Below the pieces are notes generated by a model, which had not been told where the DNA came from, made no database searches, and worked only from the letters and a program-made list of their open reading frames with translations. Made by a program: the position numbers and the translations under genes. Below, in pieces: positions 1 to 9,472 of a DNA stretch of 64,000 nucleotides (position 1 is the stretch's first letter; every line of letters starts with the position of its first letter). The DNA is taken from assembly GCA_034520565.1 (NCBI GenBank), contig JAXHNL010000002.1:288001-352000 (forward strand), in the 5' to 3' direction. Origin of the DNA: Halodesulfurarchaeum sp. Lineage in GTDB: Archaea; Halobacteriota; Halobacteria; Halobacteriales; Halobacteriaceae.

Positions 1-957
1 GACCGGGACGGCAACTGGGGGCGGACCCGACAGGTCTACGACGCCATCGTCAACCGCGAGGCGTCCCATCGCGCCGAATCGGCAGTCACCGCCGTCGAGG
101 AATCGTACGACCGGGGAGACACGGACGAGTTCGTCGAACCGACGGTCATCGACGGTGGCCCGGCACTTGAAGACGGGGATAGCGTCGTCTTCGCTAACTT
201 CCGTGCCGACCGGGCCCGACAACTCACCCGAATGCTCGCCGACATCGATCCCGTCTGGCCGGGATCGACGAACCCGCCGAACGTCGCCCTCGCGACGATG
301 ACCGAATACGACCGGACCTTCGACGTGCCGGTCCTCGTCGAACCGAACGAGCCGACGGTCACGCTCGGAGCGGTCCTGGAACGAGCGGGACGAACACAGC
401 TTCGAATCGCCGAATCCGAGAAGTACCCCCACGTGACCTACTTCCTCAACGGCGGGCGAGAGATCGAGTTCGAGGGCGAGATCCGGGAGATCGTGGCCAG
501 CCCGGACGTGCCGACCTACGACGAACAACCCGAGATGAGTGCCCCAGCGGTCACCGACGTCGCTATCGAGCTCGTCGCGGACCGGGACCCCGACGTGCTG
601 GTGCTCAATTACGCCAACCCGGATATGGTCGGGCACACGGGAGACTACGAGGGCGCGATCGAGGCGGTCGAAACTGTCGATGCCGAACTTGGTCGGCTGG
701 GAGCGGCCATTCAGGACGCCGGTGGCCACCTGCTCGTAACCGCCGATCACGGAAACGCAGAGGACATGGGCACTGCGAAGCACCCGCACACGGCCCACAC
801 GTTCAACCCAGTCCCGTTCGTCTCGCTTGCCCCGAACGGAGAACCCGGGCTGATTCGTGAGAATGGAACCCTCGCGGACATCACGCCGACGATGCTCTCG
901 CTTCTGGGAATCGAGAAACCCGAGGCGATGACGGGTCGGTCGCTTCTGGGGGACTAA
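1..957 (+). CDS. gpmI: 2,3-bisphosphoglycerate-independent phosphoglycerate mutase (5'-truncated by window edge)
   Basis: Frame open from base 1 (DRDGNWGRT...); motifs NFRADRARQL, AESEKYPHVTYF, NYANPDMVGHTG, TADHGN, HTAHT. Confidence 0.96.
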   Translation, partial: DRDGNWGRTRQVYDAIVNREASHRAESAVTAVEESYDRGDTDEFVEPTVIDGGPALEDGDSVVFANFRADRARQLTRMLADIDPVWPGSTNPPNVALATMTEYDRTFDVPVLVEPNEPTVTLGAVLERAGRTQLRIAESEKYPHVTYFLNGGREIEFEGEIREIVASPDVPTYDEQPEMSAPAVTDVAIELVADRDPDVLVLNYANPDMVGHTGDYEGAIEAVETVDAELGRLGAAIQDAGGHLLVTADHGNAEDMGTAKHPHTAHTFNPVPFVSLAPNGEPGLIRENGTLADITPTMLSLLGIEKPEAMTGRSLLGD

Positions 958-2111
958 CCCAGACGGTCGTATTCGATCGACCCGTCGACGACAGTCAACT
1001 CGACGGCCAGATCGGCAACCGGCGTCTCCCACGGCGAAGCAGAGAGGACGACGAAATCAGCCGGAGCACCCACGTCGAGGGTCCCGATACTGGATCCGGC
1101 TGGGGACCGCATCCCAGTGCCCCCGGTCGCAGCCCGCAGGGCCGCCGTTACTCCGAGTCGTGTGTCCGGGCTGGCTCCGAGTGAGCGTTCGACGTCCCGA
1201 AGCGGCGCCGGACGGCTGCCATCGCTCCCGAACGCGACGGGAACCCCAGCGGCCACGAGCGGGCCGAACTGCAGGTCACGGGTTGTGTCCCCGCCGTTTT
1301 CTGCTGTCTCTTGCTCATCCGACTCACCCATCGGACCGGGACGGCCAACGACCGTGGCCCCGAGGTCGGCGAGTGCCTGAACGTGTTCCTCGGACGGTCC
1401 GCCATCGAGCCAGAGCCGGGACTGATTGGCATCATCGCCGTCAAGCGCGGAGAGAAGGCGTTCCAGCGCCGGTGCATCCGCTGCCGTCGCACTGACGCGG
1501 AAACCCGTCTCGGTCGCCCGCTCGACGAAATCCTGCACGGCCGTCGTGGGCCGGTCGCTGGCGTCGATCCCCAGCGAGTCGATTGCCAGTCGGTCATTCC
1601 CGACGCCCGAGACGAGTCCGAGCGTTCGCACAGCCTCGAGGGGCGTCGGTCGTTCCGTCGACACCGCGTTCTCGCGGTAGCTCAGACGGCCCCGAATCGG
1701 CAGTTCGTCCGCCAGCGCGAGTTCGTAATAGGCCCTGGCGGTTTCGGGATGACGAACCTCGTCGAATACCGTTGTAATGCCCGCATCGAGCAACGCGTCG
1801 AAGGCGGCGGTCAGGTTCGATCGGGCGTGTTCGACGCCGGTCGGTTCGGTTCCCGACCCGTCCTCGGACCCCCGGAGACGCTGCCCGAGCCGGAAGAGGT
1901 CGGCGTGGCCGTCGACGAACCCGGGGAGGACGGTGCGACCGTCCAGGTCGACGCGTCGGGTCTCGATGCCCTCCAGAAACTCGACCTCGTAGGTGTCCGC
2001 GATGCGGCAGACGGTGCCATCCCGAACGGCGAGCGCTTCCTCGGTCCGATCCTCGCCGGGGTCGACGTGAACCTCGCCATCGACGAAAATCGTGTCGGCG
2101 GGTGCAGCCAT
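954..2111 (-). CDS. Amidohydrolase-3 (YtcJ-like) family protein, apparently degenerate
   Basis: N-terminal EALAVRDG...DLDGRTVLPGFVDGH and C-terminal GTLDVGAPADFVVL...TVVDG; short (385 aa) and missing several metal ligands. Confidence 0.8.
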   Translation of the reverse strand: MAAPADTIFVDGEVHVDPGEDRTEEALAVRDGTVCRIADTYEVEFLEGIETRRVDLDGRTVLPGFVDGHADLFRLGQRLRGSEDGSGTEPTGVEHARSNLTAAFDALLDAGITTVFDEVRHPETARAYYELALADELPIRGRLSYRENAVSTERPTPLEAVRTLGLVSGVGNDRLAIDSLGIDASDRPTTAVQDFVERATETGFRVSATAADAPALERLLSALDGDDANQSRLWLDGGPSEEHVQALADLGATVVGRPGPMGESDEQETAENGGDTTRDLQFGPLVAAGVPVAFGSDGSRPAPLRDVERSLGASPDTRLGVTAALRAATGGTGMRSPAGSSIGTLDVGAPADFVVLSASPWETPVADLAVELTVVDGSIEYDRLG

Positions 2112-2190
2112 ACCTCACCGGACGGCCCGGAGGCCAAAACGGTTGGCCCTCTCCGCCTCGAAGAGCCGCCAATTGACGGGTCGACCGAAC

Positions 2191-2706
2191 TCAGAGCCGG
2201 CGGTACCCCGAGGGACCTTGGACGATCGTACCCTCGCGAGCGAGCTTCTCGAGGACGGTTCGGACCGCCTCGGCCGGCACGCCCCACTCGCTCGCGTACT
2301 CGACGACCTGCCCCTCGGTCGGTTCCTCGAGGGCGTCGATCGCGTCGAGGATTCGATCGCGACGGCGGTTCGAGCCGCCGGAATTCCGTTCACCCGCCGC
2401 CGCGATCGCTTCCGGATCGATTCCGTGTTCGGCGAGGTACTCCTCGTCGTCGACGCCCGCAGAGTCGAGTTCCGCTTCCATCGCGGCGATCGAGTCCAGC
2501 TTTTCGTAGGCCGCTTCGCGGCCCTGGGCCGAGGCGAGCATCGCCGCCCGGACCTCCCGGGCCTCCTCCCGGTCCTCGGTCCTGACGAACTGCTTGAGGC
2601 GATCGAATTCGTGCCGGGTCCGACATCGGGGGCAACTGGTCGTCTCGGGGCGTCCGTCGACGATCCAGAGAGCCTGGCAGTTCGAACAGCCCACCACCGC
2701 GTACAT
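2191..2706 (-). CDS. Conserved haloarchaeal Zn-ribbon/wHTH protein (DUF5817-like)
   Basis: MYAVVGCSNC...CPRC double CxxC; C-terminal winged-helix-like segment; acidic composition. Confidence 0.8.
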   Translation of the reverse strand: MYAVVGCSNCQALWIVDGRPETTSCPRCRTRHEFDRLKQFVRTEDREEAREVRAAMLASAQGREAAYEKLDSIAAMEAELDSAGVDDEEYLAEHGIDPEAIAAAGERNSGGSNRRRDRILDAIDALEEPTEGQVVEYASEWGVPAEAVRTVLEKLAREGTIVQGPSGYRRL

Positions 2707-2773
2707 GCACGAAGGTGGTCCCTCCTCGTAGTTAAACCTCGAGGTGGGAGAAGTGGCGAGGCTGACGAGGTGC

Positions 2774-4081
2774 TCAGTGCTCCCCGAGTCGGTCGAGGAA
2801 AGTGTCGAAGGCCCCGCTTTCCGGGTGGACGTGTGCGTACGTTCCCACCGTATCGTATTCGGTCAATCCATCGCGGCCGTCAGCCAGTCCGTCGCCGCGC
2901 ACCATCGAAAAGGCCAGTTTCGCGTCGGTGTCGAGTGCCGCCGTCGAATAGTGGAACTCGTGGCCACGGAGCCGATCGCCCGGGTCGGCAGTGACCGTCC
3001 GCCGGTCGGCCGAAAGTTCGACGTGATCGAGTGCCTGGTACCGGTCGGCCATTTCGATGTCGGCCGGAAGCACGCCGGCCATCTCGTAGCGCTCGCCCGC
3101 GGTAGTTTCGAGGGATTCCGAGAGGGCCATGAGGCCGCCACACTCGCCGAAGACTGGAATGCCCGACTCGGCCCGGGAACGGATTTCGTCGAGGGAAGAC
3201 CTGGCCTCGAGTTCGGCCGCGAACCGTTCCGGATACCCGCCCGGAAGATAGATCCCGTCGCAGTCGGGAACGGGATCGCCGGCCACGGGCGAAAACGTCT
3301 CGACTGTCGCGCCAGCGCGCAACCGCTCCATCGTCGCCGGGTAGACGAAGGAAAACGCCGAGTCGCGGGCAACCGCGACACACGCGCCTGAATCAGGTGG
3401 CTCCGTGTCGGCGGGCGCTGCAACCGGCTCCCGGGCGACATCGAGCAGTCGGTCGGTCCGGACGTGTGTCGCTGCATCCTGCAATGTATCGCGTGGGAGC
3501 GGCGCCTCTTCGCCCATGTGCAACCCGAGATGGCGGTCGGGAACCTCGAGATCGGGGTCCGGTGGCACCCGACCGAAATAGGTGAAATGCCCCGGTAGCG
3601 CTTCCCGAATTCCCTGCTCGTGACGCCCGCCGTGGGCCCGCTGGGCGAGGATTCCGGCCACGTCGATGTCTCGACCCGCCTGCTCGGCGTAGCGCTCGAA
3701 CCCGAGTGCCGTCGCGGCTACGCTCTCCATACCCGCCTTGGCGTCGACGACGAGCACCACCGACAGATCGAGAGTCTCGGCGACCATGGCGGTGCTCGAC
3801 GCGTCGCCGTCATAGAGGCCCATCACCCCTTCGACGACGGCAATATCCCCACTACCGCGGGCGTAATTCCGCCGGAGGCCGTACGGCCCCTGCATCCAGA
3901 CGTCGAGGGTCCGGGATGGCCGCCCGGCGACCTCGCGGTGATGGCTGGGGTCGATGAAATCCGGGCCGGCTTTGGCCGGCTGGACCGACTGGCCCACCTC
4001 CTGGAGAGCCGTCATGACGACCAGCGAGGCAACCGTCTTCCCCACGCCTGAGGCAGTGCCGGCGAGGACAAACCCCTTCAT
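2774..4081 (-). CDS. cbiA: Cobyrinate a,c-diamide synthase
   Basis: GTASGVGKT P-loop, KAGPDFIDP, EGVMGLYDG, glutamine amidotransferase YLPGGYPE...ECGG...GHEFHY. Confidence 0.95.
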   Translation of the reverse strand: MKGFVLAGTASGVGKTVASLVVMTALQEVGQSVQPAKAGPDFIDPSHHREVAGRPSRTLDVWMQGPYGLRRNYARGSGDIAVVEGVMGLYDGDASSTAMVAETLDLSVVLVVDAKAGMESVAATALGFERYAEQAGRDIDVAGILAQRAHGGRHEQGIREALPGHFTYFGRVPPDPDLEVPDRHLGLHMGEEAPLPRDTLQDAATHVRTDRLLDVAREPVAAPADTEPPDSGACVAVARDSAFSFVYPATMERLRAGATVETFSPVAGDPVPDCDGIYLPGGYPERFAAELEARSSLDEIRSRAESGIPVFGECGGLMALSESLETTAGERYEMAGVLPADIEMADRYQALDHVELSADRRTVTADPGDRLRGHEFHYSTAALDTDAKLAFSMVRGDGLADGRDGLTEYDTVGTYAHVHPESGAFDTFLDRLGEH

Positions 4082-4683
4082 GGTCGATGCTCCTCCGCGA
4101 GACGCGTTGCCCGGTCCCAGTCGCCGTCCCCGAGTGCCGACCTGATTCGGTCGTCCTCGAGCACGTCCCAGAGGAACTCCCGGCGCTCGGCTTCCTCCAG
4201 GTCCGTCGCGTCGTCTCGCAGGTTGGCTTGCAATGGCACCATCGGATCGATGGCTTCGATTTCGGATGCGAGCCGGCGACGGAGGTACTTGCTCACCGCC
4301 GGACTGCTCCCCGCAGTCGAAACGCCGACGGTCACGTGCTCGCCGTCGATCACGCTCGGCGTGACCGTCTCCCCGGGTTCATCGACGGGATTGACCAGCG
4401 CACCAGCCGCTCGTGCTCGGTCGGCGATGGCCGCGTTCAGTTCGACATCGTCGGTCGCCGGGACGACGAGGAACGCGTCCGCGACGTGGGTCGCTGCTTC
4501 CTCGGGGTCGATTTCCGCCTCGATCGTCCGGCAGTCGATCTCGGCGAACCGGTCGTCGAACTCCCGCGAGACGACGACCACGTCCGCCTCGGACCCGAAG
4601 AGCGACGCCTTCCGGGCGGCGACTCTTCCACCGCCGAAAACGACGACCTCCTTCCCCTGAAAGTCGTGGAAGAGCGGAATCAT
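4078..4683 (-). CDS. sirC: Precorrin-2 dehydrogenase (SirC/CysG N-terminal type)
   Basis: MIPLFHDF..VVVFGGGRVAARK Rossmann motif, STAGSSPAVSKYLR; 4-bp overlap with cbiA. Confidence 0.92.
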   Translation of the reverse strand: MIPLFHDFQGKEVVVFGGGRVAARKASLFGSEADVVVVSREFDDRFAEIDCRTIEAEIDPEEAATHVADAFLVVPATDDVELNAAIADRARAAGALVNPVDEPGETVTPSVIDGEHVTVGVSTAGSSPAVSKYLRRRLASEIEAIDPMVPLQANLRDDATDLEEAERREFLWDVLEDDRIRSALGDGDWDRATRLAEEHRP

Positions 4684-5753
4684 GGTTCCCCGGACGGGCG
4701 GGCGCTGCCGTCGGCCCAGTTAATGTCCGGGACGCGATCGCGCATGGAGACCACCTCGCCGATGACCGTCGTCGCCGGGGGCTCGATCCCCGTCAAATTT
4801 GCCCGTTCGACGATCGTTCCGAGCGTGCCCGTGACCGTCTGTTGCTGGTCCCACGTGACCTTCTCGATCATCGCCGTCGGGACGTCCGCCGGGACCCCTC
4901 GGTCACGGAGTCGCGAGACGTAATCCGGGAGGCGCTTGACGCCCATGAGAACGATGAGGGTTTCGCCGCCCGCGACTCGCTCCGCGAGAGCGTCCCAATC
5001 GACGTGGCTCTCGGTCTTCCCGGCGGCCTCGTGGCCGGTGATGACGGTGAAGCTCGAGGAGATGTCCCGGTGGGTGACCGGAATCCCGGCCAGTTCCGGA
5101 GCCGCGACCACACTCGTGATTCCGGGGACCACTCGGAACGGCACGTCGTGGCCCGCGAGGTATTCGGCCTCCTCGCCGCCGCGACCGAAGACCACGGGAT
5201 CGCCCCCCTTCAGCCGAACCACCGATTCACCCTGCTCGGCGCGGGCGACCATCAGGTCGTGGATGTCCGCCTGGGTGGTCCGGGGTTCGGTCCGTTTGCC
5301 GACGTCGATACATTCGACCCCCGAAAGCGAGTGAATGATCGCCGCACTCGTCAGCGAGTCATAGAGCACCACGTCGGCAGTCCCCAGCAGCCGCCAGGCC
5401 CGGACCGTCAACAGCCCCGGATCACCCGGCCCGGCGCCCACGAGCGCGATCGACCCGGATCGTCCCGGCCACAGGTCCGCGGGGGTTTCTCCGGGCCCAG
5501 TCCGTGCGAGTCCCCCAACTGTCTTCGAGTGGCCCTCGCCCGCGGCGACTTGCCCGTTCAGGCGCGTCATCGCCCGGCCCACCGGGGGCTCGGGCGTGTC
5601 CCCGCTGATCGTGCCCGCCGGAACGGTCGCGGACTCCACCGGCGGTTTTTCCCCGGCGCTCGCCGCGTCGCCCGACACAGGGGTTCTCCCGCCCTTCGAA
5701 TCAGCCGACGGCGGGCCACGTTCGTGCCTGGTTCCGTCCCGTGACTGTTCCAT
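4680..5753 (-). CDS. cobA: Uroporphyrinogen-III C-methyltransferase with low-complexity N-terminal extension (start uncertain; alternative 5570)
   Basis: LVGAGPGDPGLLT, VVRLKGGDPVVFGRGGEE, VPGITS, GIPVTHR; ATG at 5753 lies ~28 nt downstream of an AT-rich box at 5781-5788. Confidence 0.9.
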   Translation of the reverse strand: MEQSRDGTRHERGPPSADSKGGRTPVSGDAASAGEKPPVESATVPAGTISGDTPEPPVGRAMTRLNGQVAAGEGHSKTVGGLARTGPGETPADLWPGRSGSIALVGAGPGDPGLLTVRAWRLLGTADVVLYDSLTSAAIIHSLSGVECIDVGKRTEPRTTQADIHDLMVARAEQGESVVRLKGGDPVVFGRGGEEAEYLAGHDVPFRVVPGITSVVAAPELAGIPVTHRDISSSFTVITGHEAAGKTESHVDWDALAERVAGGETLIVLMGVKRLPDYVSRLRDRGVPADVPTAMIEKVTWDQQQTVTGTLGTIVERANLTGIEPPATTVIGEVVSMRDRVPDINWADGSARPSGEP

Positions 5754-5780
5754 CCTTCCCTCATGCTCCACGGCCGTCCC

Positions 5781-5823
5781 TATTAAATCTAATTTTGTTT
5801 ATCGCAATCATAATTGTTTTCAT
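5781..5823. promoter_or_regulatory. Divergent cobA / cbiM promoter region with candidate operator
   Basis: AT-rich island in GC-rich DNA; TATA-like boxes ~28-34 nt from both start codons; shares AATTGTTTT and a TT(T/G)-N3-TA-N3-CAA motif with the cbiT promoter. Confidence 0.65.
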
Positions 5824-5850
5824 GGGGGGCCGAGAAGGCTCAGCCAACTC

Positions 5851-6513
5851 ATGCACATCGCGGAGGGGTTCTTGCCCCCGGTCTGGGCGGCGATCTGGAC
5901 CGTCGTCGCGCTCCCGTTCGTGGCGTACGGAACCTACCGGGTGGCCAAATTCGCCCGGGCCGAGCCGGAACGGATGGCGATGCTGGCACTGGCCGGGGCG
6001 TTCATGTTCGTGCTCTCGGCGCTGAAGCTCCCCTCGGTCACCGGCAGCACGTCACATCCGACCGGGACCGGGATCGCCATCGTGCTGTTCGGCCCGGCTG
6101 TCACGGCCGTCCTGTCGGTCATCGTCCTGCTGTACCAGGCGCTGTTGCTCGCCCACGGCGGTCTCACCACCATGGGGGCAAACGTCGTCTCGATGGGGAT
6201 CGTCGGGCCGCTGATCGGGTGGCTCGGGTACCGGGTCGTCCGGGACCACTCGGGTGTCGTTACCGGGACGTTCGTGGCCACGGTCCTGGCGAACTGGACG
6301 ACCTACCTCGTCACGTCGGCTCAACTCGGCGCGGCGTTTCCGGCAGGCGGCGGCATCGAGGGGGTGCTCGCGGCGACCGGGAACTTCGCCGCCATCTTCG
6401 CCGTCACCCAACTCCCGATCGGCGTCGTCGAGGGAGTGATCGCCGCGGCGATGGTCAAACAGCTCGTCGCCGTCAAGCCGGCCGTGGAGGCGAAACTGGG
6501 TGTCGCGACATGA
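5851..6513 (+). CDS. cbiM: Cobalt ECF transporter substrate-binding component CbiM
   Basis: Diagnostic N-terminus MHIAEGFLP; SVTGSTSHPTG; LLLAHGGLTT. Confidence 0.96.
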   Translation: MHIAEGFLPPVWAAIWTVVALPFVAYGTYRVAKFARAEPERMAMLALAGAFMFVLSALKLPSVTGSTSHPTGTGIAIVLFGPAVTAVLSVIVLLYQALLLAHGGLTTMGANVVSMGIVGPLIGWLGYRVVRDHSGVVTGTFVATVLANWTTYLVTSAQLGAAFPAGGGIEGVLAATGNFAAIFAVTQLPIGVVEGVIAAAMVKQLVAVKPAVEAKLGVAT

Positions 6514-6773
6514 ACCGGCTCGGGATTCTCGCAGGCGTACTCGTGCTGGGGCTCCTGCTCGTGCCGATACTCGCTCCAGAACTGGGAGCCTGGGGCGGGG
6601 CCGACGGGGCCGGGATGGAGGCGATTTCCGATCACGATCCCGACTACGAGAGCTGGGTCGATCCGATCTGGACGCCCCCGTCCGGTGAGATCGAGTCCGT
6701 CCTCTTCAGCATCCAGGCAGCCATCGGCGGAGGAATTATCGGCTACTACCTGAACGCCACCCCACAGGACTGA
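6510..6773 (+). CDS. cbiN: Cobalt transport protein CbiN
   Basis: Two TM segments around WGGADG...PDYESWVDPIWTPPSGEIESVLFSIQAAIGGGIIGYYL; ATGA overlap with cbiM. Confidence 0.93.
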   Translation: MNRLGILAGVLVLGLLLVPILAPELGAWGGADGAGMEAISDHDPDYESWVDPIWTPPSGEIESVLFSIQAAIGGGIIGYYLNATPQD

Positions 6774-6774
6774 C

Positions 6775-7500
6775 ATGCACAAGACACTCGAGGGCGTCCA
6801 ACAGTCGGCCACGCCGGCGATCCGGGGACCAGTCCAGGTCTACTTGGTGCTCGCTGCCCTCGGGTTGACGATCACGGCACCCTCCCGGCTGGCACAGGCG
6901 ACGACCGCGGCCGTGTTTCTGGGACTCGCGATCGACGCCGTGGGGGTTCGGCCACTCCGGTGGCTCTCGCTGCCGGTGCTTTTTCTCGCGCCGGGGCTCG
7001 CGGTCATCCTCGTCACCGGCCCTGGAGCGCCGCTTTTCGCACTCGGACCGTTCACGGTGACCACGGGCGGCCTCGAGACGGCCCTCGACACGCTATTCAG
7101 GTCGGTTTCCTCGCTCGTCGTCCTCAGTTTCCTGATCGCCTCGACGCCGGTCTCGACGGTGGTCGCCACGCTCCGGCGGGCGGGCCTGCCCACAGTACTC
7201 GTGGAGCTGTTGCTCTACGTCTATCGGGGGATCGCCACCGTCTTCGCGGAGGCCGAACGGATGCGAACCGCCGCGAGGGCCCGGATCGGGTACGCGAACC
7301 GACGGGCCACGATCCGCACGACGAAGCTTCTGGCGTCGACCCTGTTCGTGCGGACGTTCGACCGGATGGGGACCATGGGCGAGGCGCTTTCGGCCCGGGG
7401 GTATTCGGGAACGCCACCCGCCGCTGCGACGGTCGAAAGCAGCGGCTACGGCCTCTCCATCGGTATCCTGGCACTCTTGGTGGGGGTGCGAGTGCTGTGA
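6775..7500 (+). CDS. cbiQ: Cobalt ECF transporter T component CbiQ
   Basis: Hydrophobic protein with ARARIGY and ALSARGY ECF-T motifs; operon position. Confidence 0.9.
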   Translation: MHKTLEGVQQSATPAIRGPVQVYLVLAALGLTITAPSRLAQATTAAVFLGLAIDAVGVRPLRWLSLPVLFLAPGLAVILVTGPGAPLFALGPFTVTTGGLETALDTLFRSVSSLVVLSFLIASTPVSTVVATLRRAGLPTVLVELLLYVYRGIATVFAEAERMRTAARARIGYANRRATIRTTKLLASTLFVRTFDRMGTMGEALSARGYSGTPPAAATVESSGYGLSIGILALLVGVRVL

Positions 7501-8201
7501 CGCTCGCGGCGGAAGCGGTCCGGTTCGGCTACCACGAGACGCCGGTGCTCCGGGGGGTCGATTTCGCAGCCGAAACGGGCGAGGTGACCGCGCTCCTCGG
7601 TCCCAACGGTGCGGGGAAATCGACGCTTCTCAAGCATTTCAACGGCCTCCTCCGACCGGCATCCGGTCGGGTCCTCGTGGACGGCGAGCCGGTGACCGAC
7701 GAGGAAGCCCGGCTGGACGAGGTTCGCCAGCGAGTCGGATTCGTCTTCCAGAACCCCGCAGACCAGTTGCTCGCGCCGACGGTCCGACAGGACGTCTCCT
7801 TCGGCCCGCGAAACGTCGGAATCGCCGGCGACGTCGACGTGGATGCGATCCTCGCCCGGGTCGGCCTCCCGGACGCCGGCGATCGGCACCCACACACGAT
7901 GAGCAACGGCGAACAGAAGCGGGTCGCGCTGGCCGGCGTACTGGCCATGGACCCGGACTACGTCGTGATGGACGAACCGACGGCGGGCCTCGACGGTGCG
8001 GGTGCAAAGCGCTTCGTCGACCTGATCGAGTCCCTCCTCGCTGACGGCGTGACAGTCCTGCTCTCGACCCACCACGTCGGGTTTGCGACCTCGGTCGCCG
8101 ATCGACTCGCCGTCCTCTACGAGGGAACGATCGTCTACGGGGGAACGGACATCGATCGGGACACCGCCGACCAGTATGCGCTCCGGACGTGGGCGCTCTG
8201 A
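7497..8201 (+). CDS. cbiO: Cobalt ECF transporter ATPase CbiO
   Basis: GTG start overlapping cbiQ stop; GPNGAGKST, VFQNPADQL, MSNGEQKRVALAG, MDEPT. Confidence 0.92.
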   Translation: MTLAAEAVRFGYHETPVLRGVDFAAETGEVTALLGPNGAGKSTLLKHFNGLLRPASGRVLVDGEPVTDEEARLDEVRQRVGFVFQNPADQLLAPTVRQDVSFGPRNVGIAGDVDVDAILARVGLPDAGDRHPHTMSNGEQKRVALAGVLAMDPDYVVMDEPTAGLDGAGAKRFVDLIESLLADGVTVLLSTHHVGFATSVADRLAVLYEGTIVYGGTDIDRDTADQYALRTWAL

Positions 8202-8220
8202 CCGGGACCGAAAGAAGATG

Positions 8221-8253
8221 TATTTGTGCTATTCCAAACGCAATTGTTTTAAT
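8221..8253 (+). promoter_or_regulatory. cbiT operon promoter with candidate operator
   Basis: TTGTGCTATTCCAA at 8224-8237 followed by AATTGTTTTAAT (TATA-like) ~24 nt before ATG 8277. Confidence 0.6.
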
Positions 8254-8276
8254 CGATCGGGCGGATGACCCAGACG

Positions 8277-8831
8277 ATGGGAGGGATTTCGCTACCAGAA
8301 TCGACGGCGCCGGGCCCGACGAAACCCGAAATCAGGGCGATTCTCCTGCGAACGCTCGATCTCGGGCCGGCGGACCACTTCGTCGACGTCGGTGCCGGAA
8401 CCGGGGCCGTGACGATCGAAGCCGCACGGACCGGGGCCCGGGTGACGGCGATCGAGCGCGACCCCGGACGGGTCGACGCGATCGAAACGAACCTCGAGGC
8501 GTCGGACTGCGAGGGGTCGGTGACGGTCCGGAACGCCACCGCCCCGGACGGGCTTCCGGACGGAACCGATGCGGTCTTCGTCGGCGGAACACGACAGCTC
8601 GAGGCCGTCCTCGAGTGGGTCGAGGCGGTCACACCGCGGATCGTCGTGCTCAACGCGGCTCGCCTGGAAACGGCCACGCGAGCCATCGAGGCGTTCGAAA
8701 AACTGGCGTTCGATCCCGAAATTCGCCGGATTTCGATCGGGCGCGGGGAGGACCTCGCCGGCGAGACCGCGATCGTCCCCGACCGACCGGTGTTCGTGAT
8801 CAGTGGACAACCCGGCACGGGGGAGAAATGA
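8277..8831 (+). CDS. cbiT: Cobalt-precorrin-6B C15-methyltransferase (decarboxylating); alternative start 8265
   Basis: GPTKPEIRA, DVGAGTGAVTIEAA SAM-binding motif, DAVFVGG. Confidence 0.92.
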   Translation: MGGISLPESTAPGPTKPEIRAILLRTLDLGPADHFVDVGAGTGAVTIEAARTGARVTAIERDPGRVDAIETNLEASDCEGSVTVRNATAPDGLPDGTDAVFVGGTRQLEAVLEWVEAVTPRIVVLNAARLETATRAIEAFEKLAFDPEIRRISIGRGEDLAGETAIVPDRPVFVISGQPGTGEK

Positions 8832-9472
8832 CCCTCTACGGCGTCGGTCTCGGACCGGGCGACCCGAAACTGGTAACGGTAAAAGGAGCCCGAATCCTGG
8901 AGGAAGCGACCACCGTGTTTGCCCCCGGCGAACTGGCAGCGCGGCTTGGGTCCCCCTACACCGACTCGATCGAGCGACTGGAGTTTCCGATGACGGAAAA
9001 TCGGGAAGCACTCGAAGCTGCGTGGGCCGAGGCGGCAGAAACGGTCGCGCCGATCGCCCGTGATGGTGACGTCGCATTCGCCACCGTCGGCGACCCGAAC
9101 GTCTACTCCACCTTTAGCTACCTCGAAGACGCCCTGGAGACGTACCCGGAAGTCGACGTCCGGACGGTTCCAGGAGTGAGCGTCGTGACGGCCTTCGCCA
9201 CCGTCCTCGACGCTCGGATCGACGCGTCGTCGCTCGCGGTCCGGGAGGCCAAGGCGGGAGTGCCCGACCGGACCCCTGCGCAGTTGCTCCTCCTGAAAGT
9301 CACTGACGTACCCGGGATCCACGCGGACTTGACCGAGGCCGGCTACGAGGTGACCTATGGCCGCCGGCTCTTCATGGACGAGCCGACAGTCACGAGCGAC
9401 CCGGATGAACTGGCCGAATCGGATTACTTCACGATCGCCTACGCCGAGCAGGCAACGGGGGGCACAGCATGA
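8828..9472 (+). CDS. cbiL: Cobalt-factor II C20-methyltransferase
   Basis: MTLYGVGLGPGDPKLVTVKG, FPMT, VGDPNVYSTF, VPGVS. Confidence 0.92.
   Translation: MTLYGVGLGPGDPKLVTVKGARILEEATTVFAPGELAARLGSPYTDSIERLEFPMTENREALEAAWAEAAETVAPIARDGDVAFATVGDPNVYSTFSYLEDALETYPEVDVRTVPGVSVVTAFATVLDARIDASSLAVREAKAGVPDRTPAQLLLLKVTDVPGIHADLTEAGYEVTYGRRLFMDEPTVTSDPDELAESDYFTIAYAEQATGGTA

Noticed and set aside
5754-5850. Possible cobalamin riboswitch upstream of cbiM or cobA
   Set aside because: The gap is under 100 nt, AT-rich and lacks recognisable B12-box elements.
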